Source of the DNA: a virus
DNA length: 64,000 bases
Virus record (IMG/VR): IMGVR_UViG_3300025030_000053
Span: 41,767 to 105,766 of that record
Direction: 5' to 3' (one strand)
Both the position numbers and the translations under genes were made by a program. Positions within the stretch are counted from its first letter, which is position 1, and each line of letters opens with the position of its first letter. Below the pieces are notes generated by a model, which saw nothing but the letters and a program-made list of their open reading frames with translations, did no database searches and was not told the DNA's origin. This document shows, in pieces, positions 47,485-57,469 of this stretch.

Positions 47485-48522
47485 ATGACAACTTTCAACT
47501 GGCTAAAAATGGCATCTGAGGAAATAAAAAACCAAGCAAACGGAATTTCAGACTTTGAAGGACACCAATGGCGCGATATCGGTGCTGATGAACTTCAAAA
47601 TTTGAAGCATAAATTTGACTGGATGAATGAATATTACTCTGATGAAGAAGAAATTCCACACGATACTCCATACCACCAAGAGAGTTTAATTGAACACATA
47701 CGACAAGTATCACAACAAATCAAAAATTTTCGAGCCTACCCAAACAATCCGCTCCTGGCTGATTTACTAGCAATTGCTGGAATTTTTCACGATCATTGGA
47801 AAATCAGAACCAGGGCGCCAAAAACAAGATTCATTTGTCCAGATTGCAACTATCCAAACACCAAATCAGAAGAACCTTGCAAAAATTGCGGCAGCGAATC
47901 TTCCAAACAAGAAAAAGAAGTAATGGGATATCACGGACACGAGGAATTAGGATCTAGAAGTGAAAATCTTTTTCCAAGACTAGAATCTATTGGTGTTCCT
48001 AGACAATATTGGGAGATTGTCCAATTTTTAGTCAGAAATCATCTAGCAATTCACGATCTAATTGAAACTCTCGCCCACAATGATCAATTATCTGAAAAAC
48101 AAATTTCAAGATGGTCAAAAATGTTCAGCAACAAAGTTGGAATACCATTGGAAGATATGATCAGAATGTCTATCATTTTGTCAATGGCTGACAATTTGGG
48201 TAGAATCACTCAATTGCCATCAAAATACACAATGAAAGATTTATCAAGGGGTAAAGTCCAAGAAACTCAATTACTGGCTATTGCTGATTTGATGACCGCA
48301 GTTGTAGTCAAAGCAATTCAAGGAAATAATGTTTCTAAAAAATCAAAACCTGATATTTCTAAAACATTCACACCAGAACAAATTCAAAGAATAGACAGGA
48401 TTCTTGATCAAGTTGGAATCAGTCTATTTGATACCGAAGCAACTGATAGAAACAAATTATTCAATCTGCTTTCAAGACTTGGAATGAAAAGATTGATTCA
48501 AGAAATTTTAAAAGTACTATAA
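47485..48522 (+). CDS. HD-domain phosphohydrolase with inserted zinc ribbon and NWLKMA leader
   Basis: HDTPYHQE..EH, FHDHWK, CPDC..CKNC, YHGHEELG, RNH, ADNLGR. Confidence 0.85.
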   Translation: MTTFNWLKMASEEIKNQANGISDFEGHQWRDIGADELQNLKHKFDWMNEYYSDEEEIPHDTPYHQESLIEHIRQVSQQIKNFRAYPNNPLLADLLAIAGIFHDHWKIRTRAPKTRFICPDCNYPNTKSEEPCKNCGSESSKQEKEVMGYHGHEELGSRSENLFPRLESIGVPRQYWEIVQFLVRNHLAIHDLIETLAHNDQLSEKQISRWSKMFSNKVGIPLEDMIRMSIILSMADNLGRITQLPSKYTMKDLSRGKVQETQLLAIADLMTAVVVKAIQGNNVSKKSKPDISKTFTPEQIQRIDRILDQVGISLFDTEATDRNKLFNLLSRLGMKRLIQEILKVL

Positions 48523-49839
48523 AGTTTTACCATCATTTTTTGGTATCAATATATTTTCTGATATTTTTTCTATTGTTCTTTCAAGATTGGAATATTCTGA
48601 TCCAAGAATTTGAACATCAAACATTGTCATCGCCAAAGATTTCTCTAATGACGGCATCTTCATCACTTCATCAGAAGTAGCAAATTCTTTTTTGAAATTT
48701 CTAACTAATTGATTGTTTAATTCTCCAATTTGTCTTATTCTATTTGAATATTCTTGTTTCCATTGATTGATAATTTTTTGAATTATCTGAATCATTTCTG
48801 ATATTTTTTCTTTTCTTTGAATGTAAATGTCAAACCATTTTTTAGATTGTTCAATAATTTCATAATCATATTCATTTTCTTGCATTGCGTCTTTGAAATC
48901 TTGTTTTGAAATTAAAAATTGTTCTGATTCTTTTGATTTCTTTTCGCAAATCTCAACTAGAACCTTGTATGTAAATTTAGAATGCATCCTGTGCATTGCC
49001 AGATATTTTGGCCCCTTGATTTTTGTCATCAAAGGCTCATCTGGATGTCGGACCACTACACCCTCATCTTCCCATTCTCCAGATTCTTCCATTTCTGTGA
49101 TTATTTTTTTGATTTGTTTCGGACCAGCAGCCGAATTCAACTTTTCAACAATTGAAACCAAATTCAGACCAGAGTTTCTGGCAATTTCTTGCAACTGGCT
49201 CCACGGCAACATTTGTTCAGATTCTTTTTCTCTGGCGTGGATGAAGACTAAATCTGATTCTGGATATTTGATCACAGAATCATTATCTGGACCTACATAT
49301 TCAAAATACATTTCCATATCTGGACTGAAATTTGGGTCCAGAACCTTTGGATAGGCTGTTTCAAATTTTTCAACAACTGAATATCTCCACGCACCAAGAA
49401 GAGTAATCAATTGGTCAGAAGATCCTTGATCAACAGATATCGCCCCACGAGTGCGAAGAATCACAACACCTTTGAAAACAGACCTAATGATCAAAACTCC
49501 ATCTTCTTTTTTGGTGATTATTCCTCTTTTCTGTTTGATTGCATCTGAAATTTTCTGATCCCAGGATTGTAGTTTTCCAGACTCATCCAATTGCTCTCCG
49601 TAATTCATAAATTTATTCAGACCACGAGAAACAGGAATGAAATTTGGTAATTCATAGATTACCGATCTTTCTGTCATCTCATCTGGTAAATAAAAATATT
49701 TATCCTTCTCTGGCACCAAATGCACCCAATTTGGATGTCCAGCCACAGAACGCAATTTGAACCCTCTGGAACGAACCTCTTCGGGGTTCTTGATCCAATC
49801 TGGTACCGATGCTAATTTTATTGTTTTGAACTTAGACAT
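48517..49839 (-). CDS. RNA ligase 1 (T4 Rnl1 family)
   Basis: RGLNKFMNYGE, motif I KEDG, RTRG, FEYVGPDN..VIKY, EGVVV, KIKGPKY. Confidence 0.88.
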   Translation of the reverse strand: MSKFKTIKLASVPDWIKNPEEVRSRGFKLRSVAGHPNWVHLVPEKDKYFYLPDEMTERSVIYELPNFIPVSRGLNKFMNYGEQLDESGKLQSWDQKISDAIKQKRGIITKKEDGVLIIRSVFKGVVILRTRGAISVDQGSSDQLITLLGAWRYSVVEKFETAYPKVLDPNFSPDMEMYFEYVGPDNDSVIKYPESDLVFIHAREKESEQMLPWSQLQEIARNSGLNLVSIVEKLNSAAGPKQIKKIITEMEESGEWEDEGVVVRHPDEPLMTKIKGPKYLAMHRMHSKFTYKVLVEICEKKSKESEQFLISKQDFKDAMQENEYDYEIIEQSKKWFDIYIQRKEKISEMIQIIQKIINQWKQEYSNRIRQIGELNNQLVRNFKKEFATSDEVMKMPSLEKSLAMTMFDVQILGSEYSNLERTIEKISENILIPKNDGKTL

Positions 49840-49871
49840 ATCATTTGTTTATATCATCAAAAAACAGAATT

Positions 49872-50024
49872 CTATTTATCTATCCACATCAATACTAATC
49901 CAATAACCATAATAATTGATCCTGCTACAATTAATCCAGGATCCCCATTACCACCAACATACTTCAAAAAAGGTACAAAAGCAACAATCATAGTTAAACT
50001 GGTCCATAATAATTTAGTTCCAAT
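49872..50024 (-). CDS. 50-aa two-helix membrane protein with probable ATT start (not in ORF track)
   Basis: (M)GTKLLWTSLTMIVAFVPFLKYVGGNGDPGLIVAGSIIMVIGLVLMWIDK; GAGG 7 nt upstream; AGGT-N18-TAAA at 50044..50069. Confidence 0.6.
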   Translation of the reverse strand: MGTKLLWTSLTMIVAFVPFLKYVGGNGDPGLIVAGSIIMVIGLVLMWIDK

Positions 50025-50139
50025 ATTTTTTCCTCTGATTAAATTTAACTATATTTGTTGGAATTACCTCTTTCGTTTGAATGAAAATTATAGTAGGAAA
50101 ATCTACTATTTAGATATAATATATAGGAAAGGAGCAAAT

Positions 50140-50349
50140 GTGTCAAAATTTAAAATTAGAAAAGAAATCAGACGATCATTTGATATGATGAAATATAGTG
50201 GATTCACATACTATCAGAGTCTATCAATTATATCATTGATTTATTCAATCAGTCTAGCGTTGAAGGAATTAGAGAATCCGCTTGAGATAATCAATGAAGT
50301 TGCCAAGGAGGTCTATGACATCGGAGAAGAAGATGAATCAGAAGAATAA
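50140..50349 (+). CDS. Hypothetical protein
   Basis: GTG start after AAGGAG; TATAATAT upstream. Confidence 0.55.
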   Translation: MSKFKIRKEIRRSFDMMKYSGFTYYQSLSIISLIYSISLALKELENPLEIINEVAKEVYDIGEEDESEE

Positions 50350-51271
50350 AATTCTTGTCATAGGTGATTTGATGATTGATGAATATATCAATTGCGAGGT
50401 GAGCAGAATATCTCCTGAAGCACCAGTTCCTGTCGCAAAGATATTGAACAAAAAATATTCACTAGGCGGAGCTGCCAATGTTGCTTCGTCGTTGGCAATG
50501 TTTGAAGAAAATGATGTCAGATTCCTTTCTATATCTGCAAAAGAAAGGAATGGAAATCTTTTTGAAATGTTTGAACAAGAAAACATCTCAAAATTTTATG
50601 ATCTTCCATTCTTTCAAAACGACATCATCAAGACTAGGATTCTGTCGCACGGGCACCACATTGTCAGATTAGACACAGAATGTTTGGAACTGATAGATCC
50701 AGATGTAAATATCTATCTTCAACACTTGAATGGCATATTCAATTGGCAACCGGATCTGATAGTTATTTCTGATTATGACAAAGGAACTATAGATTTTATT
50801 CAAAATGATGTCAGTGATACGATTCAAGGATTGAATTGTCCTGTAATTGCAGATCTAAAACCAAAAAATTTCAGAGACTCAAAAATTATCTTTGGAAAAA
50901 CTCTTCATTCCATCCTTCCAAACAGAAAAGAATTTCTCGAAAGTGTGCCTGGAATGGAATACGAAAACATAATTCTTTTCTGGCAAGAATTTGAATTATG
51001 TGAAAACATCATAATTACCAAAAGTGAAGATGGTGTAGAGATAATCAACGACTCAGGTAGACAATCATTTCCATCACACGTCGTTGAAGTGAATGATGTC
51101 ACCGGCTGCGGAGATACGGTGACCGCAGTATATGCTCATTTAATTGCACAAAAAGAAAAACCAGAACAAGCAATTCAAATTGCCAATCGATGTGCAGGAA
51201 TTACTGCCTCTAAAATTGGAGTTCACAAGATCACTCGTGAAGAATTAGAAGCTTGTTCCGCCGACCTGTAA
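50333..51271 (+). CDS. rfaE: HldE/RfaE domain-I-like heptose-7-phosphate kinase (PfkB family)
   Basis: ILVIGDLMIDEY, RISPEAPVPV, GGAANVA, KTRI, ISDYDKG, PNRKE, DVTGCGDTV. Confidence 0.88.
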   Translation: MNQKNKILVIGDLMIDEYINCEVSRISPEAPVPVAKILNKKYSLGGAANVASSLAMFEENDVRFLSISAKERNGNLFEMFEQENISKFYDLPFFQNDIIKTRILSHGHHIVRLDTECLELIDPDVNIYLQHLNGIFNWQPDLIVISDYDKGTIDFIQNDVSDTIQGLNCPVIADLKPKNFRDSKIIFGKTLHSILPNRKEFLESVPGMEYENIILFWQEFELCENIIITKSEDGVEIINDSGRQSFPSHVVEVNDVTGCGDTVTAVYAHLIAQKEKPEQAIQIANRCAGITASKIGVHKITREELEACSADL

Positions 51272-51400
51272 ATAGTAAATAAGTAATGGATGCATCTACC
51301 TAAGATAATAGGGTGCAAAAAATGGGAATTTTTTTGGCGTGAAATTGATGGAAATTGATTCAGGCAGAAAGTAGTCTGATCTGCACATTGGAGAAGTGGA

Positions 51401-52876
51401 ATGACGGGAAACTACACCAGCAACAATGACAGAAATATATATGCTATATACAATCTTCCAGAAGAAGTAATTGCAGTACTTTTTGCTTTTTATTCAAGAT
51501 CGAAAGGCTCATTGAGAGAAAACCTTCAAAAAATGATTAATGATGGAAATTTGTTTGATGAACCAAATTGGGTCGAAGTGAGATTGCAATTAGACGAACA
51601 AGTTAAAGAAAAACTGGACCAATGGCTCGAATTGAGGAAATTTGGGACAACAGAGCAGGCTAAAAATTTCCACGAAAAATGGGTTTTAAATTTTGGACAT
51701 GCCTCATGCGCTGAACACTCAATTATTCATCTTGCCATTGAAGAAGTTTCTATGCTTGCCGCCAAAGCCATCGAAGATTGTAGACTTGCTAGTTATACTG
51801 AAAAATCAACAAGATATGTAGTCTATGACAATATAGGATTCACAACTCCATCAGAATTATCTGGAATGTCAAAAGATATATACAAGGCAAATTGTCAAGA
51901 TTTGATAGATTTTTATTTAAAATCCCATTCAACTATGAGTGAAAAAATAAAATCACAAGATCCAGAATTGAAACCAGGGCAAGTTAGATCAAAAGCCTGT
52001 GATATTTGCAGGAATATTCTTCCAGTTTCAATGCATACCAATCTTGGAATGACCATCAATGCAAGAGTGCTAGTCAGAACCATAGTCAAAATGCTTTCAT
52101 CGAAAAATGAGGAATTCATCAGAGTGGCAAATCAAATGAAGGAAGAAGCACTGAAAGTTTGTCCAACGCTTCTGAAATATACTGACAAAAATGACTACAT
52201 CGAGAAGTTAGATGAAAAAATAAAAAAACACATCACAACAAATTCCATAGATGAACAATCAAAAGGAATTTTGAAGACAAACATCACAGAAGATGAGATG
52301 CTCCGCAAACTGGTTCAGTCTATTCTCCTGGAGCGCTCTCAGATGCCATACGATGCCGCAGAAAAAATTGCATGCAATTCTTCGGTAGAAACCTGCCAAA
52401 ACATCTTGCAACATTATTGTGAGGGTCGTAGCGCCCACGATGACCTTTTGAGAGTTTTTGAGCAGGTATATCTGACTCACGAAATTGTTGTTGATTTTGG
52501 TGCTTACAGAGATATTCAGAGACATCGTATGAATACCCAGATTTCTCAATTACTGACTCCCAAGCTGGGATATGTAGTGCCAGATGAATTCCAAGGAACA
52601 GACTTGGAATTAGATTTTGAAAACAAGATGAAACGATCGGAAAGGATATATTATCAAATATTGGTAAAAACAAATGATCCTAAAATTGCACAATATTGTT
52701 TGCCTATGGCTTTCAGAAAAAGAGTAATTTTCAATTGGAATCTGCGAGAAATGAGTCATTTTGTAAATTTGAGAAAAAGACCAACTGGACATAAAAACTA
52801 CATTGAAGTCGCCAAGCAGATAGAACAAAATTTTAATTCCAATTTCCCATTCATTGGAAATCTGGTTTTTGACTAG
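51401..52876 (+). CDS. thyX: FAD-dependent thymidylate synthase, long two-domain type
   Basis: YSRS, FGHASCAEH, EKSTRY, DICRNILP, NAR, RDIQRHR, AQYCLP, NLRE. Confidence 0.9.
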   Translation: MTGNYTSNNDRNIYAIYNLPEEVIAVLFAFYSRSKGSLRENLQKMINDGNLFDEPNWVEVRLQLDEQVKEKLDQWLELRKFGTTEQAKNFHEKWVLNFGHASCAEHSIIHLAIEEVSMLAAKAIEDCRLASYTEKSTRYVVYDNIGFTTPSELSGMSKDIYKANCQDLIDFYLKSHSTMSEKIKSQDPELKPGQVRSKACDICRNILPVSMHTNLGMTINARVLVRTIVKMLSSKNEEFIRVANQMKEEALKVCPTLLKYTDKNDYIEKLDEKIKKHITTNSIDEQSKGILKTNITEDEMLRKLVQSILLERSQMPYDAAEKIACNSSVETCQNILQHYCEGRSAHDDLLRVFEQVYLTHEIVVDFGAYRDIQRHRMNTQISQLLTPKLGYVVPDEFQGTDLELDFENKMKRSERIYYQILVKTNDPKIAQYCLPMAFRKRVIFNWNLREMSHFVNLRKRPTGHKNYIEVAKQIEQNFNSNFPFIGNLVFD

Positions 52877-52928
52877 AATCAAAGGTTTTTTGACAAATTA
52901 TATATAATTCATCATTGAGAGGAATGTA

Positions 52929-53456
52929 ATGAATGACATAAAATTTTTTGGTATAAAAAATAATCATTTGATATTTGAAAATTCAGATAAATACCCTATT
53001 GCATTTGAAATAAAAAACATCAATGAATACAACGGGGAATATATATCACTTTGGAATTTCAAGAGATATATAACCAAGAACAGACAAAATGAAATAATTT
53101 GGGATTTTAAAAATGACAACATTATTACTAAAAAATATATAAATCATTTGACAATATATAACAACATCAAATCTAATTCAGAATTAGTTATTTCTAAAAA
53201 TCAATTGAAAGACATTCTGATAGATGAAATAGGATTAGATTATCAATTTAATTGTTTTTGCAATGATTCGGAATTGATCATACATGATATTCAATTTATA
53301 GTTATATTTGAAGTAGTCAGGGGAATAAAAACCAGGATAGTTAGGAATATAATCAATAATTTGATTAAAAATCCAGAAATTTCAAAAATGGATAAACAGG
53401 ATATGAAAGATTTTTTAGCAATCATTGTTGAAAACATAGTTAAGGAAAATAGATGA
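52929..53456 (+). CDS. Hypothetical protein
   Basis: RBS GAGG; AGGT-N18-TAAT at 52883..52908. Confidence 0.6.
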   Translation: MNDIKFFGIKNNHLIFENSDKYPIAFEIKNINEYNGEYISLWNFKRYITKNRQNEIIWDFKNDNIITKKYINHLTIYNNIKSNSELVISKNQLKDILIDEIGLDYQFNCFCNDSELIIHDIQFIVIFEVVRGIKTRIVRNIINNLIKNPEISKMDKQDMKDFLAIIVENIVKENR

Positions 53457-53956
53457 AAATAAACGCACAGACAAATTCTATGAATGTTGTTGAAGAAATA
53501 GGATTAGACATACGATCTATAACTCAAATTCTTCCAGAAATTGATGCCTCTGGTCAGAAATTGATGTCAGCACTGATATCTGCACAGAGTGCTATTGCAC
53601 CACCTGTCCCAGCAACACCTGACGCTCAAAATTTGCAAGAAACACAAGGGCTACCGGTGGATCAGCCATCAGAAATTCCACAAGAAACTATTGCCGCTGC
53701 GAAATTTAGGATAATTACTGCGCAAGGAAGACTGGACATATCAGAGCAAAGTGCAGCAAGGTTGCAACAACTTCAACAAATCAATTTGAACAGGCTGTGG
53801 GACAACTTCAACAAGGTATTGGTTATGCTTGAAAACAATCCAACAGTTCTGCAAGAAATAAATTTGTTCATCCAAGAATTCACACGAATTGTAGATCAAC
53901 TTAAATCTGTTGCTTCATCCCCAAGAACTGGATTTTTGAGTGAATCACTTATTTAG
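53453..53956 (+). CDS. Hypothetical Q/P-rich protein (putative virion)
   Basis: MKINAQ, FRIITAQ. Confidence 0.6.
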   Translation: MKINAQTNSMNVVEEIGLDIRSITQILPEIDASGQKLMSALISAQSAIAPPVPATPDAQNLQETQGLPVDQPSEIPQETIAAAKFRIITAQGRLDISEQSAARLQQLQQINLNRLWDNFNKVLVMLENNPTVLQEINLFIQEFTRIVDQLKSVASSPRTGFLSESLI

Positions 53957-55128
53957 AATCGCTTGTCAGATCCAGGAGCCCAAGGCAGTTGCTCGTCCGG
54001 AGTTAGGTCGACTGCTACTGGTATTTGTTCTTGCTTGCCTCTGCCACCAGACGAAGGCTTTGGGGGCAAGTTGAGTTCCGCAGGAATTTCTCTTTCTTGG
54101 TCAATGTCTGGTGGTGGGAACAATCTCCCGTCTTCAATTGCGCCAACCGAATATCCATTTCCTTTTAGGAAATTGATCATAGCAATCAGTGATGTCCATT
54201 GATCTTTGGTCGCCAAGGCGGAAGTGAAGAAGGCTCCTATGCCACGACCTAATCTTCTTGCATAATCTACCATTTGTTGTTCATTGTTGAAATCTAAATC
54301 ATTGAAGCGCAAATATGCCGTGTGTGTTTCTGGATTGAAATGAATGGGACTTTTCTTTTTTTGATCTTCTTTTGTTTCAAACAACATTTCTAATGCTCTA
54401 ATTTTTTGATTACTTCCATATGAAGACTCTAAAATGTTTTTGATTTTAAAAATCAATCCTCCATCTTGATCATACTTTCTCCACTCAGAAGATAGTCTTT
54501 GGTCTTGTGCAATTGTTGAAAATGCCGCCCAGGCGTTGTTTAATTGATCAGGCTGAACCAATCTAATTGCAGAGGCAACAGCTTCGTCAAACTCATTTTT
54601 AATAGCCTCATTGTTTTGACCACCAGAAGTGGCGGTGTCTAGATCAAAACTACCTTCTGTGTCTGTCTGTGGTTGCTGCCTTCTGTTCAAATAATTTGAT
54701 GGGTCAAGCCGTTGGGATTCACCTTTTGACAAGTTTCCTTTCTTCTTCAAAGATGGCATATATATCTTTCTTGCTTGGACAAACTGCTCAATTGAGATGC
54801 TTTCTCCTTCGACGTTGATTGAAGCCATTGGTTGATATTCTTGTTCTTCTGCGGTTTGTTTGCCTACTGGAAGAGAAACATTTTTGAAAGCGATAGGCAA
54901 CTGCTCTGACTCGGTGGCATATACTCCACGAATTATTTCAGCGGCAGTGGCAGTATCCTGCGGATTCAGTACCCATTCTTCACCATAATTCGTCATTCCT
55001 TGGAAAAAATCAGAAACTCCTTGCCACCAGGGTGCAGCAGTTTTCATCAAATAGTCGGCAGATTCGTGTTTTCCTTTTTGATCAAGATACTCTGCATATC
55101 GCAGCATTTTAGAGAATTTCTTTTTCAT
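53953..55128 (-). CDS. Putative virion protein with 'AxxLDxxGxxxxADxLMKTA' leader
   Basis: Start 55128: MKKKFSKMLRYAEYLDQKGKHESADYLMKTAA. Confidence 0.65.
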   Translation of the reverse strand: MKKKFSKMLRYAEYLDQKGKHESADYLMKTAAPWWQGVSDFFQGMTNYGEEWVLNPQDTATAAEIIRGVYATESEQLPIAFKNVSLPVGKQTAEEQEYQPMASINVEGESISIEQFVQARKIYMPSLKKKGNLSKGESQRLDPSNYLNRRQQPQTDTEGSFDLDTATSGGQNNEAIKNEFDEAVASAIRLVQPDQLNNAWAAFSTIAQDQRLSSEWRKYDQDGGLIFKIKNILESSYGSNQKIRALEMLFETKEDQKKKSPIHFNPETHTAYLRFNDLDFNNEQQMVDYARRLGRGIGAFFTSALATKDQWTSLIAMINFLKGNGYSVGAIEDGRLFPPPDIDQEREIPAELNLPPKPSSGGRGKQEQIPVAVDLTPDEQLPWAPGSDKRF

Positions 55129-55137
55129 ATAGCATCT

Positions 55138-55196
55138 TTTCAAACAATTCAAAACTTTTTCCTTCAAAAAAAGGAAGAAGTTATTTTTTAGAGAAA
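55138..55196. promoter_or_regulatory. Back-to-back divergent SigH-type promoters
   Basis: Minus AGGA-N18-GAAA (55138..55163) and plus AGGA-N17-GAAA (55172..55196), each 9 nt before an ATG. Confidence 0.7.
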
Positions 55197-55205
55197 TATT
55201 TCTTG

Positions 55206-57041
55206 ATGCAAATAGCAAACGTCATTCAACAAGCAGATTTTTTTGATTCTTGGTCGCAGCACAATGTTTCTGATTGGCTGATGAAAGAAGCTGAATTGTT
55301 GATGGATGACAGGATGATCAAAACTGCATCGACTCCTGCGGATCGGCAATGGATTTCAGAACCTTCTCAACAAAATACAGGATATTGGGCCCCAGCAGCA
55401 GGATATGGCACCGCGGCGGCTGGAGTAGCAGCTACTCCATTGATATATACAATTCGCAAAGATGCGATGTTAAGAAATATATATAAAGCCATTCGGTCAT
55501 CTGGAATGCAACAGTCAGGTCATGGGATAGAAAGATATACATTATCAATAGCAAAAAAATATGGAAAAAATTGGCCACATGGCATTCTTGAAGAATTAAA
55601 AATACTTTTGGCTCGCAATCCTCAAAATGAAAATCTTGCTAATAATTTAACAAATTATAGCAAATTTATTAGGGAAAATACAAATGCTATTAGGGAAATA
55701 GCAGAATCAATTACTCCAGTAGAAAAGGGAATATTAACACAATTGGCAGATGGTGAAATTGGTGCTATGGAAGCATTAAAAAAATCTGTTAATAAAGGAG
55801 TTAGAAATATGGCCCGGGATGTGACAGATCCATTGGGAGGAATTAAACGAAGGACAATATCTCCTTTACGAAGTGGAATTCAAAAAAGAAAAAATAAACA
55901 AATAGAAAAAGGTATAGCAGGTCGAGCCAAAGCCAGAGAAATAGCAAGAAGTACGATAGACAGAAGAACACAGACTCTAGAAAATGCTCACAATATCCAG
56001 TCACAAGGTGTCGATGAAGCAGTTAGGGCTGGAGAAGAAGCTGCTAAAAAAATAAAACCAGGTCAATCTTACATTACCCCCGGTGCTAGCAGTCGAGCAG
56101 CCTGGGATAGATCAGTATCGCTTCCCGGAGCAACACCTAGCGGATCAGTGGGTGCATCTCCAGCGACAGGAGCTACTCCTTTGAGCCCACAACCAAGAAC
56201 ATCTCTCATCACTCAATCAAAGAAAAATTTACAACAACACCTTGAAGACTCATTTGAATTACTTAAACAAAATATAAAAAATGCAACACAATCTCAAAAT
56301 TTTAAAGGGTTGATTAAAAATATTTTAAAAAATTGGATAAATGGTATCAAAACAAGTATATCTAATGGGACTATCTATGCCAAAATTGGAAAAGGGGCAA
56401 TGCATATAGGAGCATCTATACTTTTAGGATGGGTAGGAGAACATCTTCAAAGAATGGCTTATACAAAACCATTAGAAATGCAAAAAGAGAATGGATGGGA
56501 CGACATGAAGACAGCAGTAGTACAGGCTGCTTTAAATGGATTGGTTGCCGGAGCGGGAGCAGGAGCAGCAATTAGTGGACGTCCAGATTTAGCATTCGGA
56601 GCGGCTATAGGTTGGATGGAAAATATAAAGCAAGACTACCAAAAAACCAAACAAGTGATCCAACGGGCACTTCAAAGCGGACAAGAAGCGCAAAAAGCAG
56701 ATGCTGGAATTAAGGCACTAGAACAAATCAAAGAAATACACAAAGCAATGCAACCAATTTATAATGAATTAGTATCAATGCAAAATCAAGGAGCAACGCA
56801 ACAACAAAAACAACGATTATATCAAGAATATTATAAAATGATGAGAATGGTAGATGATTTGAGAACACAAGCTGATTTAGTTTCTCAAAAAGGAATGACT
56901 CAAAAAGGAATGATTGATTGGGCAAAACAACGTGGAATCAATCCACAACATACCACCCAGCCACAACAACCTCAACAACCATTGCCCAAGGTAAATCCAT
57001 TGTTGTTGGGATTGGGAATGCAAAAAATGCCAGGACAATAA
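55206..57041 (+). CDS. Putative internal virion/ejection protein with Gly/Ala-rich hydrophobic segments
   Basis: Leader QADFFDSWSQHNVSDWLMKEA..MIKTAS; AAGYGTAAAGVAA, GLVAGAGAGAAISG; Q-rich tail. Confidence 0.6.
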   Translation: MQIANVIQQADFFDSWSQHNVSDWLMKEAELLMDDRMIKTASTPADRQWISEPSQQNTGYWAPAAGYGTAAAGVAATPLIYTIRKDAMLRNIYKAIRSSGMQQSGHGIERYTLSIAKKYGKNWPHGILEELKILLARNPQNENLANNLTNYSKFIRENTNAIREIAESITPVEKGILTQLADGEIGAMEALKKSVNKGVRNMARDVTDPLGGIKRRTISPLRSGIQKRKNKQIEKGIAGRAKAREIARSTIDRRTQTLENAHNIQSQGVDEAVRAGEEAAKKIKPGQSYITPGASSRAAWDRSVSLPGATPSGSVGASPATGATPLSPQPRTSLITQSKKNLQQHLEDSFELLKQNIKNATQSQNFKGLIKNILKNWINGIKTSISNGTIYAKIGKGAMHIGASILLGWVGEHLQRMAYTKPLEMQKENGWDDMKTAVVQAALNGLVAGAGAGAAISGRPDLAFGAAIGWMENIKQDYQKTKQVIQRALQSGQEAQKADAGIKALEQIKEIHKAMQPIYNELVSMQNQGATQQQKQRLYQEYYKMMRMVDDLRTQADLVSQKGMTQKGMIDWAKQRGINPQHTTQPQQPQQPLPKVNPLLLGLGMQKMPGQ

Positions 57042-57469
57042 TGAAAACTTCGCAACTATATCGCTGGATGAAAAGCATTGATCAATTTCTTCGAAGCAGT
57101 CAATGGGGAGCGATCAAAGATAAATGGAGAGAGACTGATCCTTGGAGAAGACCATATCCACCAGAAGTTTTGACCAAACTTTTCCACGAAGAAACACCAA
57201 TTGGACTTTCGGACGATTTCTATCAAGATGTATATTCAGGTGCCAAACAAATTATAGAGAATCACGACAGATTCATCGATCCATATATCTATCCATTGGA
57301 ACAAGATGCAATTGATGAAATCCAAGACAGCGGAGTTCAACAATATATGGAGACTGCTTGCAGAATGATTGAAAGCAAAATCAACAGACTTATCAATTGG
57401 TTAGAAGGAAGGCAATCATTGAGAGATTTGGAAAATCCACCATCAGATTTTCCAGAGGCTCCTGAATGA
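57041..57469 (+). CDS. Hypothetical protein, tandem paralogue A
   Basis: Start 57041 MKTSQLYRWMKSIDQF..WRRPYPP..WLEGRQSL..PSDFPE. Confidence 0.75.
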   Translation: MKTSQLYRWMKSIDQFLRSSQWGAIKDKWRETDPWRRPYPPEVLTKLFHEETPIGLSDDFYQDVYSGAKQIIENHDRFIDPYIYPLEQDAIDEIQDSGVQQYMETACRMIESKINRLINWLEGRQSLRDLENPPSDFPEAPE

